A stretch of 57,780 bases of DNA, counting the filler, from Sphacelaria rigidula (taxonomy: Eukaryota): assembly GCA_964200075.2 (NCBI GenBank). It is 6 parts of 6 records of this genome, joined end to end, with 100 filler letters (N's around TTAATTAATTAA, not from the genome) between each part and the next. Parts side by side here need not be neighbours in the genome. Positions count along the whole stretch, not along the records: positions 19,296 to 28,842 come from CAXNAA020008257.1; positions 28,943 to 38,489 come from CAXNAA020008258.1; 4 more parts are not named here. One strand, 5' to 3'. This document shows positions 24,472 to 37,963 of this stretch, piece after piece. The notes beneath the pieces were generated by a model that made no database searches, was not told where the DNA came from, and saw nothing but the letters and a program-made list of their open reading frames with translations. Position numbers and translations under genes: made by a program. Numbering within the stretch: the first letter of the stretch is position 1; each line of letters opens with the position of its first letter.

Positions 24472-26771
24472 CTGCCCAGGAAAATGGAGTGGGGCGTGTG
24501 GGGGGGGGGAACACAGCACAACAATTAGATTCCACAAGCGGACAGCGCATCTCCTGGAAGACAGGATTAGCACTACGATGTGATGGACATGGCACTTGAT
24601 TGCATCTTCTTGATGGCGCCAAAACCTCATCGATACGATCCCGTGCCTGTTCAAGTAGGGACCTTCCAGTGCCGGTAAACGTAACGTGACGCGCCCGGCT
24701 GACCACCGAAGCCTCGGCCACCCCAGCAGGCACTGCACTCGTCTCAGAGTGCATGCCGATTCCACTGGCCGCGGTGACACCCCCTTCCAATCCACGCTTG
24801 CGCTTTCGTTTTCCATCCTTCTTTCCGTCCGCGGTAGTGTCACAACTTGAGGCATCGAAAATACTCGAGACGCCCTCTCGGATCCTCAGTATCCTGTCGA
24901 CCGCAGTTGATTCTACCCCGGAGCGCGTCCGGGCAGAGCTGGGCCGCCGAGGGGGTGAGGATCAAGCAGACACCGGAAAAGGAATGATCTTGTCAAAATA
25001 TTCTCAGGGGGCTTGCGTTCGCCGCGGGCGAACGGGTGACGACATGCGGTGCTGCTGATCACCACGCCTAGGCATTATTTGGAGGTTCACCCCAAGCAGT
25101 TCGAGACGACATGAGTTTCCCTTTCCAGTACTGACAACAACGACATACGAACGATGGGGGACGCTCACCTTGTAGGCCCGGGTGGGACAGATAGTTCCTG
25201 CAACAAGTCGCATAAAGATTGCGCTCTCTGGCTGTGAGGATTGGGACGATTCTGCGCTGTCGCCGCTCGTACATTTTTGTTGAGGTCGTTGAGATCCGGA
25301 GATGTTGTCACATTGTCGGCTCCACGTTGATCGTTTAACTGCAAACCACGGAAGGAAGCCAAATAGAGACAATGTTGCAAAGGCAGGAGCGAGTACTCAA
25401 GTTCCACGTCATCATCGGATTACACCTGACAAGCGCCTGCAGAACAGACACCATCATATCCCATCGAGATCTCTACAAATAACTTTTTGGGCTATCCGGC
25501 AAAAAAACGTGCGAAGGCAGCTCAAGACCTGTGACTTCTCCGCAGAGGCTCCCAAATACAACTCAGTCACGCGCAAGCAACCTAGGAGCATCAGGCTAGT
25601 GCAAGTTTCCCTCGCCACATTTGAGTACCATTCTCAGTTCACGATCTGCCATGGATCACGTGCGAAAAGACAGCAAATAGCTACACGTACTGCACGGCAC
25701 AGTACCATGCTGCAAGTTCAGGTGGTTCTACAAGGGCCCTCTTTGAATAGAAGCTGGAGTTCGGGTCCTCACTGGTGTGTCTTTCATGAAATCAAACCCT
25801 GTGTCAGGTCGTCGCGAAGAATTGATGCCAGCGCCTTCTGGCGTGTTCTTCGGTCGGTTTTCCCATGATCGGCGCGGAGCCGTCCTGCAGGGACACGGAA
25901 CGCGAAGGCAGTACTCGTGTTCAGCACAAAGCCCGCGATATCTCAGTGAATTTATCGTACGTATATCTACGGAGCATACATAGCCATCCTACGGTGCTGA
26001 AAGATGCAACACCACCCGCCCGGGGATGATGCGGTGTATTCATTCAACATCAATTTCCTCCTTTATTAATAATAAAGAAACAAACACACGCACATCTGAG
26101 ATATCCCGTTTACAGAAATTATCGTCATTCTGGTCACACACAACTTTCGGCGACTTGACCGCCGCATTTGTCAGGGAATGCAAGGCCGAAGGACTTCTTC
26201 AAGACTTATTCCACTTGTCATAAGGCCACAAACAGAAATCAACCAAAAGTGCACATTCTGATCCATCGGCAGCGTGTTTCGCGTGAACCGACGGCCAGGC
26301 GGAAATATCAACCCCGAAATGACTTGCTCTAGTATCTGAGAGGGTTCTGGGCCACTTCGGCCATCCCCAATGCGCGTAGTTTGACTTTGGGTTTGAAACA
26401 AATCGTGCAAACTCATGCAAGCCTTCCCAACTCACAAAAGCACATGATACAAGTGATACCACCAGGGACGTACTTTGCCAGAAAATGGCATCCGCAGTCA
26501 ACCCGTAATTTACCGACTTCGGCCAAAAATACAATCGACAACGAGTACAGTAAACCAACTCTCTGGAGTATTACAATATGACGTGATTTACTGCTGTGCT
26601 GGGTAGGGTGCCCTCCCCCCACTCCCCACCCCTATCCCCCGCCCGGAAATGCTACAAGTAGCACCCCACCAAAAGGACTTTAGGACGTTAATAACGGAAG
26701 TTTGTCGTTTACGGTGTATATGTTGTATACGTGTTTGTCTGTTTTTCATTCTCATTGCGTACTTAGATACT

Positions 26772-27110
26772 GGTCACCCCGGTGGCTCAGTTGGTAACCT
26801 CGAAACCCTCTGACGTTTGAGACGTAGTTTCGAATCTCGGCGAAGCCACACCATCTGAGACTTTTCCTCATATCATGCTCAACAGTGGAAAGCGATCATG
26901 TCGTGAGCACACAACAGGCGACCGCATGGTCGACGAAGGAAAGGAATCATGAAACCTTTTTCGCGATGGACAATAAGGTAAGCACCGCAGAAGGAACGTG
27001 GAGCAATACACAAGATAGCCTTCCTCCTGTGTGCCCCGGCTGATGCGCCCACATATACCGAAAGTTGTAGACTGCCGTCCAGAATAGATGGGATGGCGAT
27101 ACCTACACTT
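26772..27110 (+). mobile_element. tRNA-derived SINE
   Basis: A box TGGCTCAGTTGG, B box GTTTCGAATC; body shares GTGGAAAGCG...CGTGAG with the 29710 copy; 3' part recurs at 19296-19355 and inverted at ~28745-28775. Confidence 0.65.
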
Positions 27111-28842
27111 CGTATTAAGTTCAGTGCGCGCATCATATGCAACTTGCAGCGTGACAGTGTACAGAAATGTAACTTGTTGACCTTTGTGTGGGTGTTATAT
27201 TTCGAGTGATGAAACCTAACCAGCGCGCACCGTGCCTCGCGTGACTTCCAAGTATGAGCACCTATTCGACTCCACGGGATCTTCGTCTGCTCTCTGCCTT
27301 TGCTCCTGCCTTCCCTCTAGCCTCTACCCTCTACGACTTTACAGCACGCGCATCATTAGATGGCGATACCACGAATATCTAAAATGCCACAATATCACCA
27401 TCTCGTCCGAGAGGTAGTCGACATCTTTGATGAAAAAACATAATCATCCGGAGTTTTGAAATTCGATTTAGGGGGGGAAAGGCTTATCCTGTAAGGGGCC
27501 AGGCTCGGCAGGGGGGTTGCCCAAGCACTTCAGTCTGGAGTGATACGAGCGAATTACTTGGTTTGAGTTTACCATGCAATAAATAAGTAATAGTATGCCG
27601 TTCAAAATACGTATTTCAATTGGAGCAATACAAAAGATACAGCAAGGAACACGAACATGAGCAGCGGGCTGCGAGTTGCCATAGAAGGTTATTCGCTTGA
27701 CGTGAAATGCCTGCTCAAAAAGCATCATACGCAAATGAAGCATAGCTGACAGAACAGCACAAACACCGCCACATTCTTCGTCTTCTACTAGGTACTCGGC
27801 TCAACATAGGTGCCCCAGTTTGGGTGATGCTTAAACCCCAGGTCGGTTCAATCACGACACCCTGAAACCTGCGTTTTGTATGTCCACGCTTGCACATATA
27901 TTCCGTGAGTTGAGTACCAAGTCGGCACGCTATTGTGACTACTTCACTACTTCACTATAGTGCCGGGGCATATTCGCAGAGATTCACGACTTTTTTGTCC
28001 CGAATGTGGCGGAAGGGGCGTGGCGGGGGTGTTCGCCCATTTTCCCTCATGATACGACTACCCGTCGCCAGGCCGGTCGGATGTCGCCGCGGATTCTGTA
28101 ATCGACCCCTCATCACTCATCACCGGTCATCAGCAACACACACAACCCTAAAGACAGTGTATTTACTGTTTCCTACCACTAGTTGAAGTAGAGGGTGAAT
28201 TCCAGTGTCGTGTACTGCGAAAGTCGATACATCGATATTGGGGGTATTTTGACATGATATATATGATATGATATATTACACATATTGATGTTTTATATCA
28301 TATCATACCAATATCAAAAGTCACGGTAACCATTACAATATACAGGGTGTATTTGCTTGAAGAGTAATGCTTGGGCATGACCTCAATACTCTATCGAATT
28401 TTGGGTAGATTGGGTACGACCCAAGGGTCCGTGCAGAGAATTTTTTCGGACGCGGAGCCCCCCCCCCTCTAAAGGGGAGAGCAGTTTTTCGAAAATTGTC
28501 ATGTTTTTTTTTTTGGTGATTCACTTCTGAGTTTTAGTGATGATTCTCTTGTAATAATGCTGAGATTGCTTACCCAAGTATTTTGGTAGAGTATTTGATG
28601 TCGTACCCAATCTGCCCCAAAAATTGGGTAGGATATTTGAGGCCATATACAGTACAATCTACTCAAACCCTGGGTAGAGCAAATACCCGCGTATTCTACC
28701 CGAATATTCAACAGTAGATACCCTACCCGACCTGCCCTTTGAATATTTCGGAGTATGTGGGCGCATCAAACAGCCGATCATCTATGTTGAGGATGGTGCT
28801 TTTCATTGAGGATGAGAACCCGGAGGATTAAAATCTTCGTAT

Positions 28843-28942
28843 NNNNNNNNNNNNNNNNNNNNNNNNNNNNNNNNNNNNNNNNNNNNTTAATTAATTAANN
28901 NNNNNNNNNNNNNNNNNNNNNNNNNNNNNNNNNNNNNNNNNN
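28843..28942. other. Artificial contig-joining linker
   Basis: Same 100-bp N/TTAATTAATTAA/N structure. Confidence 0.97.
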
Positions 28943-29117
28943 ATTCTGTATCTTGTTGTCACATGACCTTTGACCTCGCATCCCTGCAAAGCCGGAACGG
29001 AGCACGCCGGGTTTTCACCGAACCAAGCTCGAAAAATATCACCAAGTGCGAAGCGCCGTGATGTCTTCGGCGAGTCGCATTAGGGGTGACCGGCATCCTG
29101 TTAGTACTGTTCGGCCG
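28943..29117 (-). mobile_element. G/C-run-associated repeat copy at contig start
   Basis: TGACCTCGCATCCCTGCAAAGCCGGAACGGAGCACGCCGG...GGCGAGTCGCAT is the reverse of 57580-57700; followed by a G-run. Confidence 0.85.
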
Positions 29118-29709
29118 GGTGGGGGAAAGGGGAGGGGGGGGGTATGCTGTGAAAGTGGGTAGACAGGTAGCCCAAACATGACCTTTAAGATATCAGAGCC
29201 CGAACACAATTTCCACCTTCACATATCGACTATGAAAATTTCAAATGTCAGAGATTACATGTGAAAATTTGGACTTCAGATACCGAAAATAAAATGTCAG
29301 AGATGGAAGTTCAAACAAGTGTGGAGAGACAACCGCGGGTGCGGGTTTTTGGTGCACAAGCGATGAACGAGCAATCGGCGTCTGAATAATGACGGATAAA
29401 ACAATCAACATCATCTACTTGCAAGGGAAAATAATTGAAAACAATGAAGGGGAAGGAATGTAGGTTTTTGAGAAGTGCCTCAAGGTTTGGGAAAACGGCC
29501 GACAAACAGAAGGAGACTTCCGAGGCGACCGTTCGAAAGAAGGAAAAAAAATCCATCAATGACCAGCTCTGGAAACCAACCAACCATTGGCGCGAAACGC
29601 AACGTTTAGTATCCAGGTTTTTGGTCCAAATCTTCGGTTCGCGGGATATTGGATACGGTCAGGCACCGCCGTGTTACGATTCGGGGAAATAGTGTAACGG
29701 TATCCCGCT

Positions 29710-29985
29710 GCGCCCTGGTGGTGTGATGGTCCAACCGTCGCCATTAGGGTAGAGAGAACGAGGGTTCGATTCCCAATGCGTTAGGCGCTTTATTCGTGGT
29801 ATCTGATTTCCACCGTGGAAAGCGTGAGAACGTGAGTAAACAAAGTAGTCGACTGAGTTTGTTGGACGTGGGTAGACGCGGTGCGGGAGTGCTGATAGTC
29901 ATGACCCAACCCGCGACACCAAAATGCAAGGCGTGTACCGGGAAGAGATAGGTTGATCCCTTGAGCCACGGACTCGTCCCGAGGG
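29710..29985 (+). mobile_element. tRNA-derived SINE
   Basis: A box TGGTGTGATGG, B box GGTTCGATTCC; 3' end GATCCCTTGAGCCACGGACTCGTCCCGAGGG is shared with 54852-54883 (minus) and 39630-39660. Confidence 0.7.
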
Positions 29986-30075
29986 AGGGGAGGGGTTCGA
30001 AGCGCGACAAATGAATAATGAACAAAAAATCAAAGAATATCAATCCGACTCTGTACGACTCCCTCAAGAAGTCAC

Positions 30076-30186
30076 CTCTCGAAGGACTCCCGCACGACCC
30101 GTCAGCACCGCTCCCATCGCGGCCGTCCTGCCCAGAGCGTCCTTGGCGGTAGGGTCTGCACCGCGCCGAAGGAGTGCCCGCACGAC
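30076..30186 (-). CDS. Ankyrin-repeat protein exon
   Basis: TGTAG acceptor, GAG|GTGACT donor, phase 0-0; VVRALLRRGADPTAKDALGRTAAMGAVLTGRAGVLRE (not in the supplied ORF track). Confidence 0.85.
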
Positions 30187-32589
30187 CTACATGCAAACGT
30201 TATTCTCCAAAACTTCACTTTACTTGATGCGCCATGATTTAGTCGTTATCGTCGTCAGCTCCAGCCCATCTACGATACGACTTCAGTCCCCTCAGGACCC
30301 ATAGCTGAAACTGAGCAAATCAGTCTTTCCCGGGTAAGAGACGGTTATATTCGAATCTTGTCTTGTTTCACTAATTTTGTGCCTTTTCCTCATCTGAAAT
30401 TGGGGAACACGCTGGTCGTTCGACGTTTCTATTCCCTTGGCCTACTTGATCGTGTGGTTTGGCAGGCAGCAACATTCCTGTCATGATAGTGGGGTGGTTT
30501 GTAGCTTGATCTCTTTGGAGCCGGCGAATAAATACGAGGATGCTCACAGTATCTACATTGCAGGTAGAATTCTAACGGGGGATTGGTTGAACGGAGATTA
30601 CTTACAGTACAACATTTACATCAACTAAGGTGTACGCATACCCCGCAAAGAAATAACTCCTGTGTTGACGTTCCTCCTGACTGTATGGCCGCGGCTGATT
30701 CACCCACACATAACGAAAGGTGCACACTGACGTCGAGAATAGATTGGATGGAAACATACATATAATACAACACCCCGGACAGCGTATATTGACAATGTTG
30801 TACTAGGTTCTGAAGAAATGATTTCAGGGGTCGTACGAATGGTGATTCATCTGAAAATTGCTTGTTTTTAGTGTTATTGATTCGAACTGTACGAGCCGAT
30901 CCTTGAACTTTGTATGACCCACGTCCCACGTTTTCTCCCTTTCGAGCAGTCAGGACTCAGATATCGTACATTTGGCGATTCGAACCACCGATTATTGATT
31001 TGCCCGACTCTTGAAAGTTTACACTTGGAAGTTTTTTTCCGGGACCACAAGAATCGGCCGCACTCGTTTCAGGTGCAAAATACCGTCGTCGTAGACCCCC
31101 GTCTGCCCTTGTTTTCACACGGGATGACGCACTCTCGACCGTATGCTTGGCTTTTTATCTGCGCAACCGATTGCGTGTTTTGCTCACCCTCCACAAGTTA
31201 ATATTTTGGTGGCCAAAGACCCCATCTGTTGAATCAAAATCAGTTCCACTCGAAAACGGACCGTCAACATCAGATAGATACCCATCTGTGGGCACCCAAA
31301 CTGCCAGGAAAAACGACAACGGGCCGCATCGTATCCTTGTTTACAACACGAGCCTTTTTTTCAACTTTTTTGGTAACAAGCTCCGATCGGACCTTCGCCA
31401 CAAATTGGAGGCTGCTGCGTCGAGAGTCTCCAACCGGAGAGTTGCCATTGCTCACACAACAATAGCAGTGCCTCGCTTGGTACAAAACAAGAGCTGAGTC
31501 GGGAAATCTATTCAAACATGGAAACTGATCTCCCCCTTTTTTCTCGTTGACGTTCTCGTAGCTTGTGGTTTGTGGTGTTCCTGGTTGTTCGTTTTTTACA
31601 TCACCTGCCCCGTGCTTGGGCTTCTTCGCTTCTGTTTTTTCCTTCTTCTCAGTTTTTTATCTGTCTGCCTGTCTGTCTGTTTATCCCTCGCTGCTCGTAT
31701 CATCGTAGCGTTATACAACAGCAGTAGTCTGGTACCTTGCTTCCGCAGGGCTCATGGGTAAAAGCTCGTGCCCAATTAGTATGGTCCGTGATATGGTGGT
31801 ATATGATGGAGCATATTTCACGTTTGAAATCATGCGGCAAATACTTCAGGCTTTCGAGCTAACTCCCGATTTTCGTCCTATGTATATATATATATATATA
31901 TGTACACTCTCGCCTGCGTGACGGGCCCCCTTCCTTTGATATCAATATCTAGTGATGCGGCGCCCCTGCCGGTATCGATGGAAGCCAGCGAACCTCTCCC
32001 AACTTCTGATGTTGTGGGTAAACGCCCCTCGTCCGAAGGATCTCGCGGTGCTGAAGGTCCCACCGCTACCTGAAGTGCACCGACCGAGACAGGATAGTAA
32101 GGTGCCGATCACTTTACTGCAGACGTGCTGGGACTTCATGAGTAACTTGTACTCTCCTCATCCGTCCATTTTTGCACCGCGGTCTCGCTACTTTGTTGCT
32201 TTTGTCGTAGTGATTTGGAGCAGAAATATCGAGAAAGTGCTACTGTCCTACTGCAGCCGTCGGTTGCGAACGGAACCTTTGATGCGCTTTCTTGTCGTCG
32301 CCCACGGTTTCTGGAGACTTCCCCCAGTTTGACCGCCGGAACCGCGAACGACTCTAGAGAGAGGGGAAAGGGTTGGGAGCTCCCCAAAGTTGAAGTATAT
32401 ATTATTGACATAATATTTCTGCTGCATGCCGATGGGCTGATGGTACAATAGGCGACGTTTGAATATTTTGATTCCCTTGATTGGAATATTTTCGCGGATG
32501 ATTTGTCATTTTTAATCGAACGTTTCAGAGTCGGCAGGAGACGAAAAAGGAAGCAGGTCGTGCTCAGGAGACACTTCCCAATTTTGTAT

Positions 32590-32870
32590 TGACGTCAGAA
32601 TACGACGTAAAGCCCCATCTATCGAGGGGCTGTTATTGAACGCGTACGGTCCAACAACACGGTTTTCCGTCCGCATAGCAAGGGATATCTAAAAAATGAA
32701 AAAAATAAAACAATAAAATTGTTCATCACAACGATCCAGATGGGTTCGGTCGAGCGGGAATATCAAAGAGTGAGAACCTGGTGGGGCTGTACTCGCAGGA
32801 CGCCCGACGACCGGTTAGGTCGTAACTCGTTCAAAAATTGGTCGCAGACATGAGGGAGTTTTTGAAACTG
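32590..32870. repeat. Diverged dispersed repeat with a second copy at ~34945-35212
   Basis: Shared colinear blocks GTTATTGA, GGTTCG.TCGA, AAGAGT.AGA, CAGGAC.CCCGA.GACCGG.TAG. Confidence 0.55.
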
Positions 32871-35430
32871 CTTTTAGCACTTCAGGATCAGGACGGAAGA
32901 GAAGAAGCCGGTGACTCCACAAATTCCGCTGGCGATGGGGAAGTACGGATCCGGGGGGCCGACGTGGTGGGGGAGTACGGATTCCATCCGCGATATCAAA
33001 CTTGCACCGGGCGGGAGATGGATTGACCCCTCGAGAGCACGGGGCCGTCCTGGAGAAGGAAAAAGGATATCAGTGTGGCTAAGAAAGTAAAATAAATGAT
33101 GACATGGTGGTCAAGTTGCAGTCGAGACATCTGGATTGTAAGGGGGCGATACCGTGCATGCAAAGCGCCGTGAAATGTCGACATCGTTGCCAGTTGCCAG
33201 CACCACTGTGCATACTGAACCCGGTTCGAGAACGGGGACGAGAGGAGTTTGGGGGAGCGGAGGGGAGCATGCGCAGGACAAGAATAGCGGTGGTAGTGCG
33301 AATATGAAAAGGCTCACCCGATTGATATCTCCCGTTCTCGTACTTACGACGGAACGTCTGAGGTGAATGTTTTAAGTTCAAACTTAAATATTCGAACTAA
33401 GGTAAGTACAAAGTTGAACCTTCATATCGGAACATAACCCCGAGTTGCACATTGAAATTATATGTGCCTTACTCTTGAGAGCTGAAATGTAGGTTTGGTA
33501 TGAACGTAGCTATACGTGACTTAAATTTTTCAACTTGAATATAGGTATTTAAATCTTGAGCCTTCAGCATGAAGTACAATAAGATTCGAGTTGACTCCTC
33601 TGCATCCACTGGAGTGCTATAATAGATCTTCTAGAAGCTTCGACTGTCAAGTCGAAAATCCACTCACAAGTTCTGGGACTCCGTTGACGCTTCTATTTTT
33701 TAAAATAAACGTTTCGCTCGATCGACTGTCCAGTTGAAAACCTTTTCAAATTGAGATCAAATGTCGCATATACCTTGGCGGTCCAATCGTCAACATTCAA
33801 GGTCGAATAATCTTCAATTTTGGAGATGTAGCGTATAGCTTGAATGTCCAAGTATAAAGTTGGTCAGGTGTCCGCTCGAGTTTGAACCTGCAACTTCCAG
33901 CTCCCAACTCCATCCTCCAAGCTCCAAGTCGAACCTTTCGGCTGAAGTCTTGATAATGGTCACCTGTGCGAACCTCCAGTCCGTTTGAAGGTTGCCTTTC
34001 AGCCCGTTAATGCGAATACCATCATCCCTACCTTTGCGAACATATATTGTTGATTCGAAAAGCGTCGGCTGAGGAGAACTCCAGTCTCAAAACATCCAGA
34101 CATTCCGTTCACGCAGAAGTGAAGCGCATTTGCGAGGACTTCAGTATCTTAGTCTTTAGGGTCCCTCGGATGTCGCTTCCAATTTCAGGTGGGTGGTATC
34201 GCGGCGCGTCCCATGAGGCATGAGAAACCCATGGGGGATGGGACGCACAGGTTCCAGAAGATACGGGATCCTCAAGGGGTATGTAATGCGTGAGAGTACC
34301 GCGTGCATAGAGGACCACGCCGTAGTTCACAACACCTCAGGATCGATGTTTTTCAAAACCATCCGGGTCTGCCGCTGGAGGTACCACGCCCCTGACCATA
34401 ACCCTAACCCTAACACCAAGCCTAACCCCAACGATAGGGATGTTTAAATTCCGATGCGGTCCTCTAAGCACGACGTCCTCTCACGCATTACAGGGTGTAT
34501 GTTGATGACTGTTTCAGCTCGGGAATTCCCTGCCCCCACGCGTTTGTATAAAGACTGCAGAGGAGTAAATGGTACAATGAAGTGAAGTTCTATTTGGTCA
34601 TGTCGTACTTGAGGCTGTTCCCACATGCTTCTATATTTCTTTGTTATTGCTGGGTTCGCCACCGTAAGCTCCACCACTGCTCACCAGACGCTACTTGATG
34701 TCATCGGAACCAATCGCGAGATCGACAGGTATGCGTGGCTGCACGCAGACATAACAAGAGAGAGTGGAAAGGTGTCATAGCATCTATCCGCTATAGTACT
34801 GGGCGCCTGAACTATTTTTTCTTCACGAGGTTTTTCTCCCGCGACTACCCTTCGATAGAACTCGAAAGTGCTAGCGTCGGTAGATTTTGGTAAAATTAAC
34901 ACATCATCGTCCCCTCCCAGTGCCCAAGTTAGTGTAAGTTGGTTTTATCGGGCGATACGAGTAGATACGCCGTTTATCAGGAGGGCGTTATTGACCGTGA
35001 AACACAGTTTTTCGGCTCTAGTGGAATGAGTGGGTGAATTTCGAAAAAACAAACCGGTACATTTCTTCACAAATACGATCGGGACAGGTTCGATCGACCA
35101 GAAATACCGAAGAGTCAGAGTCTAGGCTGAAACGTGTCAGGACCCCCGATGACCGGATAGCCCGTCAGTCACTCAATATCGATTACATATGAGTTTTTTT
35201 TCTTGGACTGCGGAAAAGATAGAAGCATCTTCAGATGACCAGTGTGGTGAGCGGTGGCAATCGAAAGTGCCTAAGAAAATCGCCAATTACGAAGAGAAAT
35301 TACAAAAATGAATAGTTCAGGCGGCCAGTACTCTATAGTGCTTTTTGTCGGCCGTTTCGCTCTTGTCGTTGAACCATACCCTCGCTCCCCCCAACCGCGC
35401 GTGATTTATCATTTCTTCTCTCTCTCTCAC

Positions 35431-35542
35431 ATGTAGAGGAGTGTCGCCGTGCGCATCTGCGGCCGAAACGTTGGCCCCAAGGTCCAGTAGCGACAACACG
35501 GCTGGCAAGGATCCGCAAGCCGCTGCCTCGTGCAGGGGATAC
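35431..35542 (-). CDS. Ankyrin-repeat protein exon
   Basis: TTAG acceptor, CAT|GTGAGA donor; YPLHEAAACGSLPAVLSLLDLGANVSAADAHGDTPLH is a full ankyrin consensus repeat. Confidence 0.9.
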
Positions 35543-35869
35543 CTAACGAGGTTTTCGACAACGCATATATATATATATATATCATGATGTTAATGGAGAT
35601 AGGGATGCGAAATGAAACATGCATGGGGGCAGGAGACTGCATGGGGGCAGGAGACTGCATGAAACCCCAATCTCTGCCACTACACAGTACAACAGCCCCC
35701 CCATTACGTTTGTAATGGCACGGTACTGCCACGGTAGCAGCAGCAGCAGCAGCAGCAGCAGCATCAGCAGCATCAGCTGTAGTGGCGGTTTGTTGTTCTT
35801 GTCGCTGCTGCCATTGTGTAGGAGTTGCGTGTGTGCAAAAACCGAAATGGAGCCTACCGCGATGGGTCG

Positions 35870-35948
35870 CGACGGCTTGGCGGTGTAACTGGTACAACTG
35901 AAACCACTCAGGGCGCGAGAGTGGGGATTCGAATCTCGGCCGATGGGT
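35870..35948 (+). mobile_element. tRNA-like SINE head fragment
   Basis: TGGCGGTGTAACTGGT ... GGATTCGAATCTCGGC, similar to the 26772 head; no full cloverleaf. Confidence 0.5.
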
Positions 35949-37109
35949 GCACTCGGATTCTCCTCTGAGAATGAGCATTAGATTTCTGCCGTCATGAGCA
36001 TGAGTAGTAACATTTTTTTGATTTGGTGCGAGTCGATGCGGCGCGGGCGTGGTGATCCAATCAACCGGTGATACCAAATTGTAAGGCGTTTACCGCAATA
36101 GAGATGTGTTAATCCCCTGCGACAACGGAGTCGTTCCGAGAAAGGGGAAGGGTCGGAAGTGTGATGAAAAGAAAACAAAAAAGATGAAAAAGCAGAAGAA
36201 AAACTTTTCTTTGGGCCGACATATTCATGTAACAACAATATTAATGCTGCAACGTTTGACGAACATGTATTCCACGTTCGGCGCAAACCCTACAAACCAC
36301 TTCTCTCTCGCTACTTTTCATCACGCGGTTCTTTCATCGCGCGATACACTTCCTTGTCCAACGACATGCAGGCGGACCCTCTACGAAGATATGAGGTTAT
36401 TTCACCTTGCTGGAAGGTGCTGCTGTTTGGGAGTTGCGTGCGTATGTAAGCCCCCATGTTTTTAGCATCGAACATCGATATTTGAACGTGTTTTAGGCCG
36501 TAACGATGCTGTCATAAGATGATTTTCCCAGTATTATACTCGTACATCGTCAAATGTGAACCCAGCCTTGGCAACGGGAGAGTCTTTGTCTCGACATCTC
36601 GGTGTCGTATTGCGGAGCGCATGCACGAGAACATATCTATATTATTAGCGTGCAGCACATGAGGAGTGCAAGCTCGCGGCGGAGAGAGTTAACCGATCAC
36701 ATGTAAAAACGATACTACGTTGACTTTCGAAGCGTTTAAACATGATGGTCTGTCCACAGCAAATTAAAACAAGTGGCCTCGAGAATAAGGCTTCACAGCG
36801 TAGACCATCAACGCTTCATATAATGGTATGCATGCTGGATGAGGTCAGAGGAACTCTCCGCAGGAGTCAAGCTATGATGGTAGGGGGGAGGGGGGTATTT
36901 TGAGCCATTTGTTTCTCGAAATTCTACTGCAAATCGTCGTTGAAAAGCAGCAACGGCTGTTCGAACGCGCTTGTTACCGGTAAATAGCGCTCATTCATAC
37001 TACTTGACACAGATTTTACCCAAATACAAGCACACCGCGAGAGTGTTTGGTCGCCTGACACATCTATGAGCCCTTTTTTTATGGAATCGAACACCCCCCC
37101 CTAAACGTG

Positions 37110-37228
37110 GTGCATGATCACGAGTACACCCTGAACCTGGTCCGACAGAAGCCGGCGTGCTCCGCCTCGGCATTGTAGATGCGGGGTCAATGTTCATATG
37201 GCTATGACATGCTAGATCATGAGTACAC
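37110..37228 (+). mobile_element. G/C-run-associated repeat copy (short end fragment plus truncated copy in tandem)
   Basis: TGCATGATCACGAGTACACC, then CCTGGTCCGAC...GCTAGATCATGAGTACA + C-run; C-run also upstream. Confidence 0.8.
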
Positions 37229-37963
37229 CCCCCCCCTCTATCGTAGCATAAGACGTAGTATCTACTTTGGAAAGCATGAGTATTAGCTTGAAGATACGCG
37301 AAGTCTCGGGACGACAAGAAGGTGTATTAGGAGATGCGGTGAAACCAGGAGTATCGTAGATTTTGCCACGGTACTGTCAGGGGCATCTGGCGCCGTTGAG
37401 CACATCTATGCAAGTCTTCATTAGTCTCTAAACTTCGCAAAGTTTGTTGTTTTCAAGCTTTTTTTACGCGTGAGACAGGACCATTCAACATAACCTTTCT
37501 GCCAATCCCGGCATACTGTCTGTTTACTTCTGTAGGTTGGATTAACAGCCACCGGTGCAAGCGTGTGCAGCTGCTGGCGTGTCTCAAGGTGGGATGGGTG
37601 GGGTTATTGGGATGCATAACCCTCCTCTGTCGTATGCATTTAATCGCTTTCGCAATTCCTTGCAACCCTTGGTGGGCATATCAATCGTTGAGTGTTGTTT
37701 CCAGCTTCCGAAACCTCAGGTGTGCTCTCCGCCAAACGAAACCACTTTTGCCAACATTCTTGATCCCCCGTGGTGCTTGCTGGCCAAACGCCAATCACCG
37801 AAATGTGGGCATGTTTACGTACACGGTCTGGTGCAAAGCATTTGCCTTTGCAACACATAGCACAGCCGGCAAAGCTATGGTGCAGACGAGAATCCTCACA
37901 GCGTTTGCACAACCAGGGATTGTAAGTTATAGTATTGGCCCACGTGAGTTACTGCACGCTCAC

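Noticed and set aside
26772..26850. Functional tRNA gene (also 29710, 35870, 55040)
   Set aside because: A and B boxes are present, but no complete cloverleaf; the heads continue into shared repeat bodies, indicating SINEs.
34400..34430. Telomere (CCCTAA-like; also 48490-48508)
   Set aside because: Only two or three degenerate units, internal to the contigs.
37300..37920. hAT transposase relic in the ankyrin intron
   Set aside because: Only vague peptide resemblance with many stops; no diagnostic motif I can support.
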